DNA of 64,000 nucleotides from Octopus bimaculoides (taxonomy: Eukaryota), in assembly GCF_001194135.2 (NCBI RefSeq), contig NC_068981.1:20488989-20552988 (forward strand). Reading direction: 5' to 3'. The notes beneath the pieces were generated by a model. The model saw only the letters and a list, made by a program, of their open reading frames with translations, did no database searches and was not told the DNA's origin. A program made the position numbers and the translations under genes. This document shows, one piece after another, positions 26,198-38,590 of the stretch. The stretch's first letter is position 1. Every line of letters begins with the position of its first letter.

Positions 26198-27127
26198 ATG
26201 TCTGTGTGTGTCCATACATATATATATGGTATCTGTGTGTGTGTGTGTATGTATGTGTGTATGTGTATGTATGCATGTTTGTAGGTATGTGTGTGTGTAT
26301 ATGTGTATGTGCATATATATGTATGTGTGTATGTGTCCATACATATATATATTGCGTTTGTGTGTGTATATGCATGTTTGTAGGTGTGTGTGTGTGTGCA
26401 TGTGTGTATGCATGTGTGTGTGTGTGTGTGTGTGTGCAAAATATTGTTCTTGTTTACAGAACAGTTAAATAGCATCTGGTTCTTTTTCTCTGCTTAGTTT
26501 AATTGGCCAGTATTCTTTCATGAAATTCTAAGGTGGTCAGTATGTGGTCTAACCCCTTTATATATGTGAGTGTGTCTGTGTGTGTGTGTGCATGTGTGTG
26601 TGTGAAGATGGAATCAGAAGTAGTATTGATAAAATGTAAATGAATGTGTGTAGGGGGAGGTACATATGTATATGTATTCTTCTGAGCATCAGTAATATAT
26701 AAACCTACACATCATCAGCTCTGTTTGTAGTTTTATTTTTTATTGTTGTCGTTGATGTTTTTCATTTTTGCTTTTATTCAGTGTCATTTTTGCCTATATT
26801 AATTATTTCCCTGGGGAATTTTTGACCAGTCTCTGCTGTTCACTTTGTTCATGATTTTAAAATTTAATTTTCATTCTGGTTTAAGAAGAAAAGTTACTCG
26901 GGCTTCAAGAAACGTATTGCAGGAACATTTTTGTAAACTGTATTTTCAAAATCTGAGGGTGTACCATTGAATAGTGATGTGGAGAATGCCATCCAGTAAC
27001 CCCTTCCTTAATGACAGGCCCAAACGATAGACTGATTAAGTGAAACTTTACAGATAAAGTGTGAGAAACTAAAATCTCATTGCACATCATTAAGCTAGTC
27101 AACCAATCAAAATTATTTTCTACTTAC

Positions 27128-27250
27128 TGTAATTCTTACAGGAAGATTCCATTTTCTCAGTAATATGTTCCTTTAAAGCCTGGAAATGGCTAGCCAATGA
27201 CTCCAACATATTAGACTGCTCCATAAACTTTTCCTGGTTGGGTGGGGCAT
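27128..27250 (-). CDS. Gene B internal exon (APPNQEKFMEQSNMLESLASHFQALKEHITEKMESSCKNY)
   Basis: Acceptor TTTTTTCCTATTCCAG, donor GTAAGT, phase 1/1, 123 nt open. Confidence 0.75.
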
Positions 27251-28024
27251 CTGGAATAGGAAAAAAAGGAGATTTTTATCCCTTCTGTTTCTAACAAACT
27301 CTATTAACTGTTAGTATGTGCATTTTGGTTTCAAACAGAGGAGAAGTGGTAGAATCCATGTTCTTAGAATAACCTTTGAGACTGATAAAGTCAATGTTGA
27401 AGTCAGTGTTCTATGGTTGATGTATTTTGGAAAAGCGTAGACAAAGATGTTGTCCAGGAGAACTGTGGCTGTAGACAAAAAGGATCAGGCTAACTGTTTA
27501 GTACAGTATTTTATGGAACTAGATAGATGAAAGGAGGAGATGTATGTGCATTTGAATGAACTTGGATGCAGTAGGTACACAATTAACTAGTTTAGTGTAT
27601 CAGAGGTTATTATACAAGTGATACCAGAGATGGAGAGAAGAAGCAACATCTCTCTATACCAGTGTTTGTTGCATGGCAAAGATTCAATCTTTGCCATTTA
27701 GCTTTGTTTGGATGCAGTTTAGATGTGTATGTGACATCAGAATTATCCTAAATATATATAGAAGAGATTTGCAGTGGGTCAATAAGTTATGAAGACTGAA
27801 GCATTTTTCCACCTTAAAGGGGGAATTTTGTCTTCTATTTGTTTCAGTCATTTGACTGAAGCCATGCTGAAGCACCACCTTAAAGGGTTTTAGTCGAAAA
27901 AATCACCCCCGGGGCTTATTTTTTATAAGCCTAGTACTTATTCTAATGGTCTCTTTTTGCTGCCAAACTATCAATTGTTTAAAATCCTTTGACGAATAAT
28001 ATTTATGAAAAAAGGAATAATTAC

Positions 28025-28162
28025 TTGATATCAAAGTTTGTAAGTAGCTGTTTATGAGAAACAAGGAACTCAGGATGCAATCCACATTAGCTTTCACTTT
28101 ATAACTTATGGTTCCTCCAGAGAATTTCTGACAGAGCTCAGCCAAAGTTGCATTTTCATATT
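28025..28162 (-). CDS. Gene B internal exon (YENATLAELCQKFSGG...LQTLIS)
   Basis: Acceptor TTTTGTTTTGTTTCAG, donor GTAATT, phase 1/1, 138 nt open. Confidence 0.72.
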
Positions 28163-28231
28163 CTGAAACAAAACAAAATGTACAAATTATAAATTCTTGT
28201 CATAGATTCTTGGCATTCTTACACAACATAC

Positions 28232-28260
28232 CAATAGCTTCAAAATCACAACCATTTTGC
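28232..28260 (-). CDS. Gene B 29-nt micro-exon (QNGCDFEAI)
   Basis: Acceptor TTTTTCAG, donor GTATGT, phase 2/1. Links the 29035 and 28162 exons in frame across a 69-nt intron. Confidence 0.7.
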
Positions 28261-28340
28261 CTGAAAAACATTCTACAACAAAAATCTAATAAATTGAAAG
28301 CATACCAATACACAAGAAAGATTAAAACATTTGAGATATC

Positions 28341-28403
<63 letters not shown>

Positions 28404-29034
28404 ATGCACATTTGTGTGCATGCATATGTGTGCATGTACATGCGCGATCATGCATGAATGGGGGGGGTGAGTGCATGGGTGCATGTGTGTGTATGTGTGT
28501 GTATTTGTGTATGTGTGTGTGTGTATGTGTTTGTGTGTGTCGACACAGTTATAGCCAAGTTCATTAACAAAAGGTTTCAGGTTTCATCCCAAAGCATGGC
28601 ATTTTGATCATAAACATTTACCATGACCTCAAGTCAATCTAAGTCTTTTGAATGAAAATAGGTAGATGAAAAAAGTGTAGAAGTCCATTGGATTGACTAT
28701 AACCATAATTCAAAGGTCCACCCTTTTCATATTGTGTTATGATGATTGTGCTATGATGATTGTTTGTGCAATATATAACCACTCACATGCTAGTTCTATG
28801 AATAGGTCATTCAGTTGATTGAACAACTGAATACTCATACAACATTCTCAATTGGAGAATCCACCATTATCATGCTTATGTATGTGTATGTATTGTGTAT
28901 GAGTTTTAAACATAATCTTACTATAGACCTAAAAACACAAGGAATAATCTCCAAATTGATAGCACACATGAATATCGATCTGACTAAACAGTTTTGAACT
29001 TTTAAAATTTAATATTAGAGTTTGCTTAACTTAC

Positions 29035-29082
29035 CACTGTGATACTAAGAAGAAACAGATTATAGCTAGATAGAGACCACAT
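29035..29082 (-). CDS. Gene B exon with hydrophobic signal/anchor segment (CGLYLAIICFFLVSQ)
   Basis: Acceptor ATTTAG, donor GTAAGT, phase 2/2. Confidence 0.65.
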
Positions 29083-29182
29083 CTAAATTCACAGAGACTG
29101 AGCAAATTCTTGTATTGATGAGAGTTTGGAATTTGTTAAGAAATTTCTAAGGCAGTACATGCCCCACCTCTCTATCTCTCTC

Positions 29183-29257
<75 letters not shown>

Positions 29258-29968
29258 CACACACACACACACACACAATGCAGAATTATAGACTAATAGA
29301 TCCATTTCAGCCAATTTTGCCAATCATGAGAGTTTAAGAAAAAAATCATGTATGGGTACCTATTTGAAGGGTTGGCAGAATCAACTGATAGGATCTGTAA
29401 TACTGATTCTCTCCTTCTTAAGGAATGTGATTAACCATGCAGATCCTCTACAAGAATCTGTTCTGACTCCACCCCATCTTCTTCTAGTCCTGCAAGTTAC
29501 AGGGTGACCTCAATAATACTGACAGCATGAAGAAAAGCACCCAGTTACACACTGTAAAGTGGTTGATGTTAGGAAGCTACATCCAGCCATACATACCATG
29601 CTAAAGCAGACACTGGAGCACAATGCAGTCCTTGGAACCATCAGCTCCTGTTACACTGTCCAACCCATGCCAGCATGGAACATGATCTTTAAATAATGAT
29701 GATGATATATAATCAAAACAGATAACCTTGTTTGGGGAATAGTCAAGAAATATACTGCAAGCTTTTGAGAACACAGCATGATAATGAAACTAATTACAGG
29801 ATTTCAAACTAAGTTCCCATCAAAGTTTGCTTATTTTATTGATGTAACTAACACCAAGAAGTTTATAACTCTTTCTTCTCTGACAAGAACTTCAAAATTT
29901 TGAAAAAGAGAGAGAGTGTGTGTGTGTTGGAACTAATTAGTATTGCACTTTTAATAAATGATTCTTAC

Positions 29969-30035
29969 TGGTCATTATTTGCACTGCATCCATGTATATT
30001 GAGTCCAGAGTGGTCTTCATGGGATATATATAGGA
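29969..30035 (-). CDS. Gene B candidate exon (LYISHEDHSGLNIHGCSANND)
   Basis: Acceptor CTACAG, donor GTAAGA, phase 1/2, compatible with neighbours. Confidence 0.55.
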
Positions 30036-30745
30036 CTGTAGCATGATTGAATAAATTTAAACTGAATTAGTACACTGGCCTATATTGTGTCTAAACTAGA
30101 CAGTGCTAAATAAAAAACAATATTTCAAATTAGCACTCATGTCAATTCATTTAGCGAACTGACTAAATTATATTCCATATTATAAAAATTTAACATATAA
30201 AATAAGTCACCAAGTACCATTTGTCCAGCTTCTATTCCAGTTGATTAATCAACAATAAAGTTTTTCTGCATTCATTTCCTTATCAATAATTTGGTTGACA
30301 AGTTGAATTACTCAGCCTGTAGATTAAGCGTTCAAACCTAATTGAAAGTAATAAACATTATTCCACTATCTCAACTAGCAGAAGAATTATCACTTCTAAT
30401 TTGAAAAGTTGCTGTTACAAAAATATATTGCACTAATTCCTCACATCATTATTCCAGACATACATCTAAATTTATAGAATCCAAGAATGGATACAGCATT
30501 CAGTCTAAAATACTGATTCTAGTCACAAGACCTCAGATGTGTAAGGAATAGGAACGAGACTGTTACTATATTTAGCCCTTCCTAAGGGTATGAATGAAGT
30601 GAAATAGTAACAAACAAGAATCAAAATTCAGAGTGCACTGAATTAACAAGGAGCCTATGGCCACTGACAATTTGGTGAGGGGATTGGAGTTATTCTTTGT
30701 TGTTTTTTCGTCAAAAATTGAATAAATTAGAATAAGAAATTATAC

Positions 30746-30799
30746 CTTTTGTTTCCAAACTACAGATTTTCAACTTTGGTAAGTGATCTTCTGCCATTG
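30746..30799 (-). CDS. Gene B candidate first coding exon (MAEDHLPKLKICSLETK)
   Basis: Strong acceptor TTTTGTTTTTCTTTCAG, ATG at 30797, donor AAG|GTATAA in phase 1. Confidence 0.5.
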
Positions 30800-31032
30800 C
30801 TGAAAGAAAAACAAAATGATGAATATATTAGCATGTTGAAAAAATCTTGTTAACAGAATTGATTTCTAACACTGGCACAAGGCAACAAAATCTGAGAGAA
30901 GGGTATTGTCAACTTGATGGTGATAATTGGCTCCAGCACATGACTGATGCTACATTTGTGGAATCTGAACTGAGAGTTTAAAGGAATATTAAGATAACAT
31001 AAAGCAGTTTGTCTACCATTGTACAGATTCTT

Positions 31033-31520
31033 ATTTCTTTATTGCCCACAAGGGGCTAAATATAAAGGGGACAAACAAGGACAGACAGAGGGATTACGTC
31101 GATTACATCGACCCCAGTGCGTAACTGGCACTTAATTTATCGACCCAGAAAGGATGAAAGGCAAAGTCGACCTCGGCGGAATTTGAACTCAGAATGTAAC
31201 GGCAGACAAAATACTGCTCAGCATTTCGCCCAGTGTGCTAACGTTTCTGCCAGCTCGCTGCCTTGTCTACCATTGTACAGATTCTGTCAGTCCCTCACTC
31301 TTCTTGTTAATAATACTGGTTTCCAATTTTGGCGAAATTTGAGGGGAGGGGTGATGTTGATTACATTTGACTGCAGAACTCAACTGATACTTATTTTATT
31401 GACCCCGAAAGAATGAAAGGCAAAGTCAACCTTAGTGGAATTTGAACTCAGAATATATAGACAAATGAACTGTCACTAAGCATTTTACCCAGTGAGCTAA
31501 CGATTCTCCCAGCTCACCAC
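31033..31520 (-). mobile_element. Two adjacent Meta-domain-type SINEs (family C): 31033-31262 and 31325-31520
   Basis: Minus strand GAGTTCAAATTCCGCCGAGGTCGACTTTGCCTTTCATCCTT...ATAAATTAAGT. Further copies at 35797-36010 (+), 42535-42690 (-) and 56262-56385 (-). Confidence 0.8.
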
Positions 31521-32612
31521 TCTCTTCTTATTAATAATATTAACATTGTAACAATGTAATAGACAGTCCAAGTCAAAAGTCTGAATGCACTGGTGCAAAT
31601 AAGTTATTATATTGTAGTTGATGGTAATAATGATCATCATCATTGTTTTCACAATCACTTTTATATGCTTGCAGTGGTCAGACAGAATTCATTGAGACAG
31701 ATTTTCTACAGTCAGATGACCTTCTGCTACCAAGCTTCACTTGTTTTCAAGTAAAGTACTATTTTTCCATGACCGCACATGTTTCTGTGGAAGATTGGAA
31801 ACAAATGACAGCTTGTATGATGGTGACACTCGTTTACAACTATCACATGATATCTAGACAAGCAGGCACAATCTAACACACACACACACACGAAGGTTAA
31901 TAGAACGAGCTTCTTCTAGTTTCTCTCCTCCAAATTCATTCACAAGGCTTTGGTCAGGCTTGTTCAAGATGTGCATTCAGACTGAACCCAAAATTATGTG
32001 ATTGGAAAACAAACTTCTTAACCACACAACCATGCCCAGATGAAGTGGTGAGAAAGGATCTTTGAACGCTGGACCTCACTGAGGAAACGACAAGGGATCA
32101 GAAGATGTGGCAATTTGCTGTACTTCTCTCTCTCTTCATTCTCTCTCTCTTCTTCTCACTCTCTCACTCTCTTCCTCTTCCTTTTCCTCTCTCTCTCTTG
32201 CCAGGTAATCATGTACTTCCTCTATATCAAGACACCTGTTTCTGCCTCTCTGTCTCTCTGTCACACTCTAGCCTTTTATCATCTGACATAAGGTCCCCTC
32301 CTTCAATGACCCTGTCCCTTTCAAAATTCCTTGTCTTGCAAGATACTTGGTGACCCTGCTGGTGCTGGTGCTGGTACTGGTGACACATGAAAAGCATCTG
32401 GTCCACACTGTAAAGTGGTTGGCATTTGGAAGGCTAGTGCCACATAAAAAAAGCACTGAGTCCACTCTGCAGAGTGGTTGGTATTAGGAAGGGCATCCAG
32501 CCATAAAAACCCTGCCAAAACAGACACAGTATCTTGGGGTAGTCTTCTACATGGCCAGCTCCTGTCAACCGTTCAACCCATGCATCAAGACAGATGTTAA
32601 ACGATGATGATG

Positions 32613-32645
<33 letters not shown>

Positions 32646-32649
32646 CACA

Positions 32650-33015
32650 TGTAGAAAGATAGATTGTTTGATGCCTGTGTGCAAACAGCTATACTGCATG
32701 ACAGTGAAACATGGGCTATGACAGCTGAGGACATGCACAGGCTTGAAAGAAATGAAGCCAGTATGCTTCACTGGATGTGTAATGCCAGTGTGCATGTTCG
32801 ATAGAGTGTAAGCATCTTGAGAGAAAAGTTAGGCATTAGAGGAATCAGATGTGGTGTGCAAGAGAGACGACTGCATTGGTGTGATCATGTGATGCATATG
32901 AACGAGGACAGTTGTGTAAAGAAGTGCCGATCTCTAACTGTGAAGGGAACCTCTGGTAGAGGTAGACCCAGGAAGACATGGGACAAGGTGGTGAAGCATG
33001 ATCTTCAAACTTTAG
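32650..33015 (+). mobile_element. RTE LINE 3' coding fragment
   Basis: SETWAMTAEDMHRLERNE...QERRLHWCDHV...GRGRPRKTW. Confidence 0.85.
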
Positions 33016-33559
33016 TGAGGCAAAGTGACTGAGTTCCTTTCAAGCATTGGGCCTGATGGAGGCAAAGTGGCTGAGTTCTTTTTGAGTGTTGGGCCTCATG
33101 GAGGCAAGGTGGCTGAGTTCCTTACTTCATCTTCTGTGGAAGAGCATAGGATCGAAATGTTAAAGACTTTCTCACTTCCTGAGCGTTAAGCTAATACATC
33201 TGTTTGTTGTCTACACCACCTGTCTTTGTCTTTTGTTTTTTTGTAAATTCTCCCTATAAATATGTGTGTGTGTGTGTATCATCATCATCATCATTTAACA
33301 TCTGCTTTCCATGCTGGCATGGGCTGGATGGTTTGACAAAGAACTATTATAATTTTTTACTAAATCACAAACTACACAATGAAAATACAGAAAAACATAT
33401 AAAGCAAAAAAATTCAACTCGTGAAATTTAATTTGTATCCATCAGGTTGGCCATCACTGGGGCTTCTTGAGCGCATGTCAGTTCCATTTATTGAGTTTCT
33501 TCTTGTTTTGATGTTTGGTTCATATTAGTTTTCTTCATTAAAAATTATCTAAAGTTGTT

Positions 33560-35121
33560 TTTTGAGATTTCTTCTTCATTTCACAATAGATTTCATGATA
33601 ACAAGCATGACCACTCATTAAATTTGCAGCAACAGTTGAGCTTCTTTGAAAATCGGTATCTTACTGTTCAAAGATTTCAATTACTTTTTTAATGTGAGGA
33701 AATGCTTCATTTAGCTTTTTTGTAGAGAAGCATCTTTCAGGTGATTCTTCATTTTCTTCTTCTTCTTCACATTCAAACTTTTCCATTTCTAGCAATTTGT
33801 GATTTGATCACTGTCAGCATAAAGAGCTTCTTTAACATCTTCAGGTGAAATTTTGAAGTTCAATTCCTTTGCAATGTTTATGATTGAGTCAGTTTCCTTT
33901 TGAAGACTTTCATGAAGATTATCAAATCCTTCAAAATTGTCAATTAATTTGGAGCAGAGATTTTTTTTCAAATTCCTTTCATGTTCTTTATGGTAATTTT
34001 ATCCCATGCTTTCTTTATCAATTTTATTGCATCAAGGATGTCAAAACTCTTCCAAAATTCTTCAATCATAGAACCATTTTCTTTTTCAGTTACTTCAATG
34101 AGTCTTTCAAAGATGAAACAGAGAGAGTAAGTTTTGAATGATGAAATGGCTCCTTGATCCATAGGTTGTAATAAAGATCTTGTATTGGGAGGTAAAAAAA
34201 ACAACATGGTGATGCTTTCAGCATGAGTGGGGGCATTACTCATTATCAAAAGAATTTTGAAAGGAATTTTTTTATCCTTACAATATTTTTCTACTTCAGG
34301 AACAAAGTGATTAGAAAACCAATCTTCAAATAGAGTTCCTGTCATCCAAGCTTTTATTGTTACGCTTCCAGATTACAGGAAGTTTTACCTTATCAATTCT
34401 TTTTAAAGCACGGGGGTTTTCAGATTGATGAATAACCATGGACTTGAGTTTGCAGTCCCCTTCAAAATTTCCTCCCAGAAGCAATGCTATCCTATCTTTT
34501 GCAGCTTTCACTCCTGGCATTGAAGATTCTTCTCTCACAATAAAAGTTTTTGAGGGCATTCATTTCCAAAGTAGGCCCATCTCATCCACAGTAAATATTT
34601 GAGATGGTATAAAGCCTTCTTCTTCAATCAAATCTAATTGGCGAGGAAAAGTTTCTGCAGCTTTTTGATCTGCACTAGACAATTCTCCTTGGATCTTCAC
34701 ATTGTGTAGATCTGCTCACTTTCTGAAACGATCAACCCAACCATTGCTCACTACAAACGTTTCATTTGATGTATCTGATTTATCTATAAGCGAATTAAAA
34801 AGGGAAATTGCTTTACTGCAAAATATAGCCTAAGTGACATATGAAGTCTACAAATTTCATTGTTAATCCAAGCTGTCAAAAGTTTTCAGTGCATGAAATT
34901 AAAGTTTCATTATCTTTTCTTCATAACCAATTTAAAGAGTGTCTTCTTTAGCTTTATTTAAATAATCTTCCTTTTGCTTCAAGATGGTACAAACAGATGA
35001 AGGAGCCATATCATATTTTTTTTGATAAATCTTTAACAGTTGCACCTTTTTCATGTTTAATCAATTCATATTTTATTTCTAAAGTAATTGCTTTATGTTT
35101 CTTCTTATCCTTTCTTTGCAT
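33560..35121 (-). mobile_element. Tigger/pogo-like transposase pseudogene (psq-HTH, CENP-B HTH, DDE_1)
   Basis: KHKAITLEIKYELIK, PSKTFIVREE..MPG.KAAKDR, WMTGTLFEDWF, FLPPNTRSLLQPMDQG. Frameshifted. Confidence 0.92.
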
Positions 35122-35247
35122 CTCAGAATTCTTTCTATTTGAAGATATCACAAGGGTGTTCAAAAAAATAAAAATGCACAAAAATTTTTTAAAAAGATGG
35201 ATGGAATGAAGGAAGATAAAATGTAGGCTAGCATGAAGGAAGTCAGA

Positions 35248-35612
35248 CAGGCACTGACACACTTCAGTGGTCATAGGATTGCAGTTTCGATTCCCAGACC
35301 AGACGTTGTGTGTGTTTATTGAGCGGAAACAGCTAAAGCTCCATGAGGTTCCGGCAGGGGGTGGTGGTGAACCCTGCTGTACTCTTTCGACACAACTTTC
35401 TCTCACTCTCTCTTCCTGTTTCTGTTGTACCTGTATTTCAAAGGGCCAGCCTTGTCACACGTTGTGTCACACTGAATCTCCCTGAGAACTACATTAAGGG
35501 TACATATATCTGTGGAGTGCTCAGCCACTTGTTCATTAATTTCACGAGCAGGATGTTCCATTGATCTGATCAACTGAAACCCATGTTGTCATAACCGACA
35601 GAGTGCCATGAT
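35248..35612 (+). mobile_element. tRNA-derived SINE (family D)
   Basis: Collinear with the reverse complement of 20650-21029. Confidence 0.85.
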
Positions 35613-36369
35613 GTATATATGTATGTGTGTAAGTATGTATGTATGTATGCATGCATGCATGCATGCATGCATGCATGTATGTATGTATGTATGTATGTAT
35701 GTATGTATGTATGATTGCATGTATGTATGTATTATGCATATGTATGTGTCTATGTTTTCCCTTTGTCTTACTTCTTTTAATATATGGTTATGTCAAAGCA
35801 GCGAGCTGGCAGAAATGTTAGCATGCTGGGCAAAATGCTTAGCAGTATTTCATCTGTCTTTACATTCTGAGTTCAAATTCTGCCGAGGTCGACTTTGCCT
35901 GTCATATTTTGGGGGGTCGATAAATTGGGTACCAGTTGCGTACTGGGGTTAATCTAATCGACTGGCCTCCTCCCCAAAAATATCAGGCCTTGTGCCTAGA
36001 GTAGAAAAGAATACATGGCTATGTTTTTAGCAAAAAATATGAGAAATATTATTATTTGTTATACAAAATATGAAAATTTGCAGCCATTTACATGCACATG
36101 TAGTCTAACAGTTTGTTCAAATTTTAGCTCATTAGCTGAATATAATTTTCTTCAGACCATTCATATATGCTCTCCCAGCACTGTGATGTGTGTATTGTCA
36201 ACTTGTAGATAATTGCTCAAATTTTAAATTGTTAAATGAATGGGCTCCCAGTCATTCATATACATTTAATTCATTCATAGTCTGCTCACTGCCATACCAT
36301 ATTTGTACCTAATACATTACATTCTTACTATGAAATGTAAATAATACTCACAATAGTTTAGAATGCTTA

Positions 36370-36428
36370 CTCGCATTTCTTCCAGAATATCAGCAGAACT
36401 TCGGAGCAAATGATGATGTGTCTTATTG
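36370..36428 (-). other. Isolated exon-like segment, possibly the 5' UTR/upstream exon of gene B
   Basis: Long polypyrimidine acceptor TTTATTTCTTTTATTTTCTTCCCTTAAG and donor GTAAGC. Open in two frames, so the reading frame is unresolved. Confidence 0.4.
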
Positions 36429-37321
36429 CCTTAAGGGAAGAAAATAAAAGAAATAAACATTGCTATATCATTATCACAGTTATAATATCTGTAAATGTTT
36501 TAAGTATATTAGTAGAGTTAATGTTAAATTATAATAATTGATCAATGTTTAGTTTTAGTCTCAAGTTTTAAGATTTTCCAAAGATATATTGAATCACAGC
36601 AAATATCCTCAAATCTATCTGAGGAAAATTTTTTAAATAATGTAATTCAAAGGAGAATATATTGGAACGGTTTCTTTTTGCCTTACCTAGATCTGAATTC
36701 AGAATAGCCAGATAAGCAAGCATTCATCAATTATAAGTGTCCTTTCATGTTACAACAGGATAAGTAAATTTGGTTATCAAAACTATTCTTTGTTGGTGAT
36801 ACAATATATTGCTGGTGGTTGAATATCAATTATCAAACTTTCAATTAATTAATATTACTGCATTTTATATGTTGAAATAACTGTAGGTTTTTAGTAGCCT
36901 CAGGGCTCAGAAAGGCTTTAGAGCCAATTGTGATATATTTGCATTCAAAAACTGTTTAAAAAAATATACATATTTACCGTTTTGTAAATCTAAATTAAAC
37001 TGAGATATGACTAAGACAAAATTTGCTTCATTAAAAATTATCTGAGCAAATTAATCAAAGTTGCTACTTAAAAGAAAAGAGTTAGCAATGGAATTTTGTT
37101 TGCACCAGCAAAGCCAAAATCAAAACAAGAGCTTAGGAAATAGGAATGGATTAAAAAAAACATTTTCAGATTTAATTGTAGATTTTAAAAGCTTTAACAT
37201 GACTGTGAGTATTGTCAGAGGTGTTAAGGCATTGTAGGAAATATTATCTAAAGTTTCTTCTACAACAGTGACAACTTCTTATTTAAACAACCACAACAAA
37301 GATGTGTTGCATAATGCTTTG

Positions 37322-38220
37322 TCAGGAATGTCTTTCCCCCATTAGGTTTAGTTGGTCTTCAATTTCATGTAAGCATATATCTGATGTCCCATTAAATGCA
37401 GGTGTGTTGGTGTTGTTTGATACCAGGTTAACTTTGATCCTGAAAATGTATGATCAAAGTCATTCCAGTGATGACCATTCCATCTTTCATTTAGATATAG
37501 TACATTCCTTTTTCAAAATGGTAGATGCAAGCTAAAAGAAATTTGCCTGTTGTTTCAAGCAGGTCATACAGTCCTGAGCCTACATTAGAAATTATGTTTT
37601 TAGACAAGCCACTTTATTTTCTACATGACTCAGTTCACTTATCAGTTGGCAATAACGATCTGATTACCTGAGAAAAAATACTTTGTGTACTTCCTCATTC
37701 AAGCACTATCCTTTAACTCTTTAGCATTTAGTCCAGTCATATCCAGCCTAAATATTCTACCTGTTTTATGTTCAAAATTACTAGATCCAACTTCTTGCAC
37801 CTACCCTACAATGTCATTGTAAAAATATACAAATACACCATTGAAATCTTGAAGCTACAAGATAAAGTATGACTAATTCAAAACAATGTGAATATATAAG
37901 CAATTCATTTGACAAAGAAATCTGAATGCCAAAGGGTTAAAATATCTGTTTTGTTATTTAAGAGTCATTTATTTTCATTTAACAATGAGACTATAATATT
38001 CACTACTTCAGTAAAATCCATACATTTAAACAAATAGATTTTTGAAATAAAATATATTGATTTTTGTCTTAGTTTCCAGAAATATTCTGCCATGTTTCCA
38101 GTGTGAAAATTGTGAAAGAAAGAAGGGATTAGAATAATGAACAAACTTTGGCTATGATATTTTTCAGGTACTTACCTGGAACTGACTTATGATCAAGGTT
38201 TTTTAGAAGTTCTTTAAGTT
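37322..38220 (-). CDS. Gene C last three candidate exons: 38220-38176, 37579-37504, 37439-37322
   Basis: Phases 1/1, 1/2, 2/stop. Peptide ELKELLKNLDHKSVPGSGLYDLLETTGKFLLACIYHFEKGMIKVNLVSNN...GERHS*. The 38176 donor is GTAAGT; the 37504 donor (GTACTA) is weak. Confidence 0.55.
37717..37936. mobile_element. TTAA-flanked non-autonomous element (piggyBac-type MITE)
   Basis: TTAA at 37713-16 and 37937-40. Imperfect TIR CTCTTTAGCATT / AATGCCAAAGGG. Confidence 0.7.
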
Positions 38221-38590
38221 CTGAAAATGAACCATCCAAAACATTTTCAATGTCTTGATGTGTTTCTTCTGTAATATAAAAAAATACCTTTTATATCATC
38301 TTAATATTTATATTAGCTTATCATCATTACTAACCTTCTTGTTACTTATAACTATGCACATGCATTTTTATATAGATAATCCTATCAACCCAAACTAGTA
38401 TAAAATATGGATGCTAAATGATGATGATGATGATGATGATGATGTTATCCTCCATTCTCCATTCGTCTTCCACAAACATCTCCCAAAGTTAACAAAAATT
38501 TCTTCAGCAGTACCAGAGCACCACATGTATCAATGAAAACTCAGTTCCAAATGCCAGGCCCCATAATTTCTAATAATCTCACATGGTAAC

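Noticed and set aside
25930-26475. HT/YI/CV-repeat ORFs (also 7400-8100, 41383-41727, 47650-48190, 63000-63950)
   Set aside because: Dinucleotide microsatellite translations.
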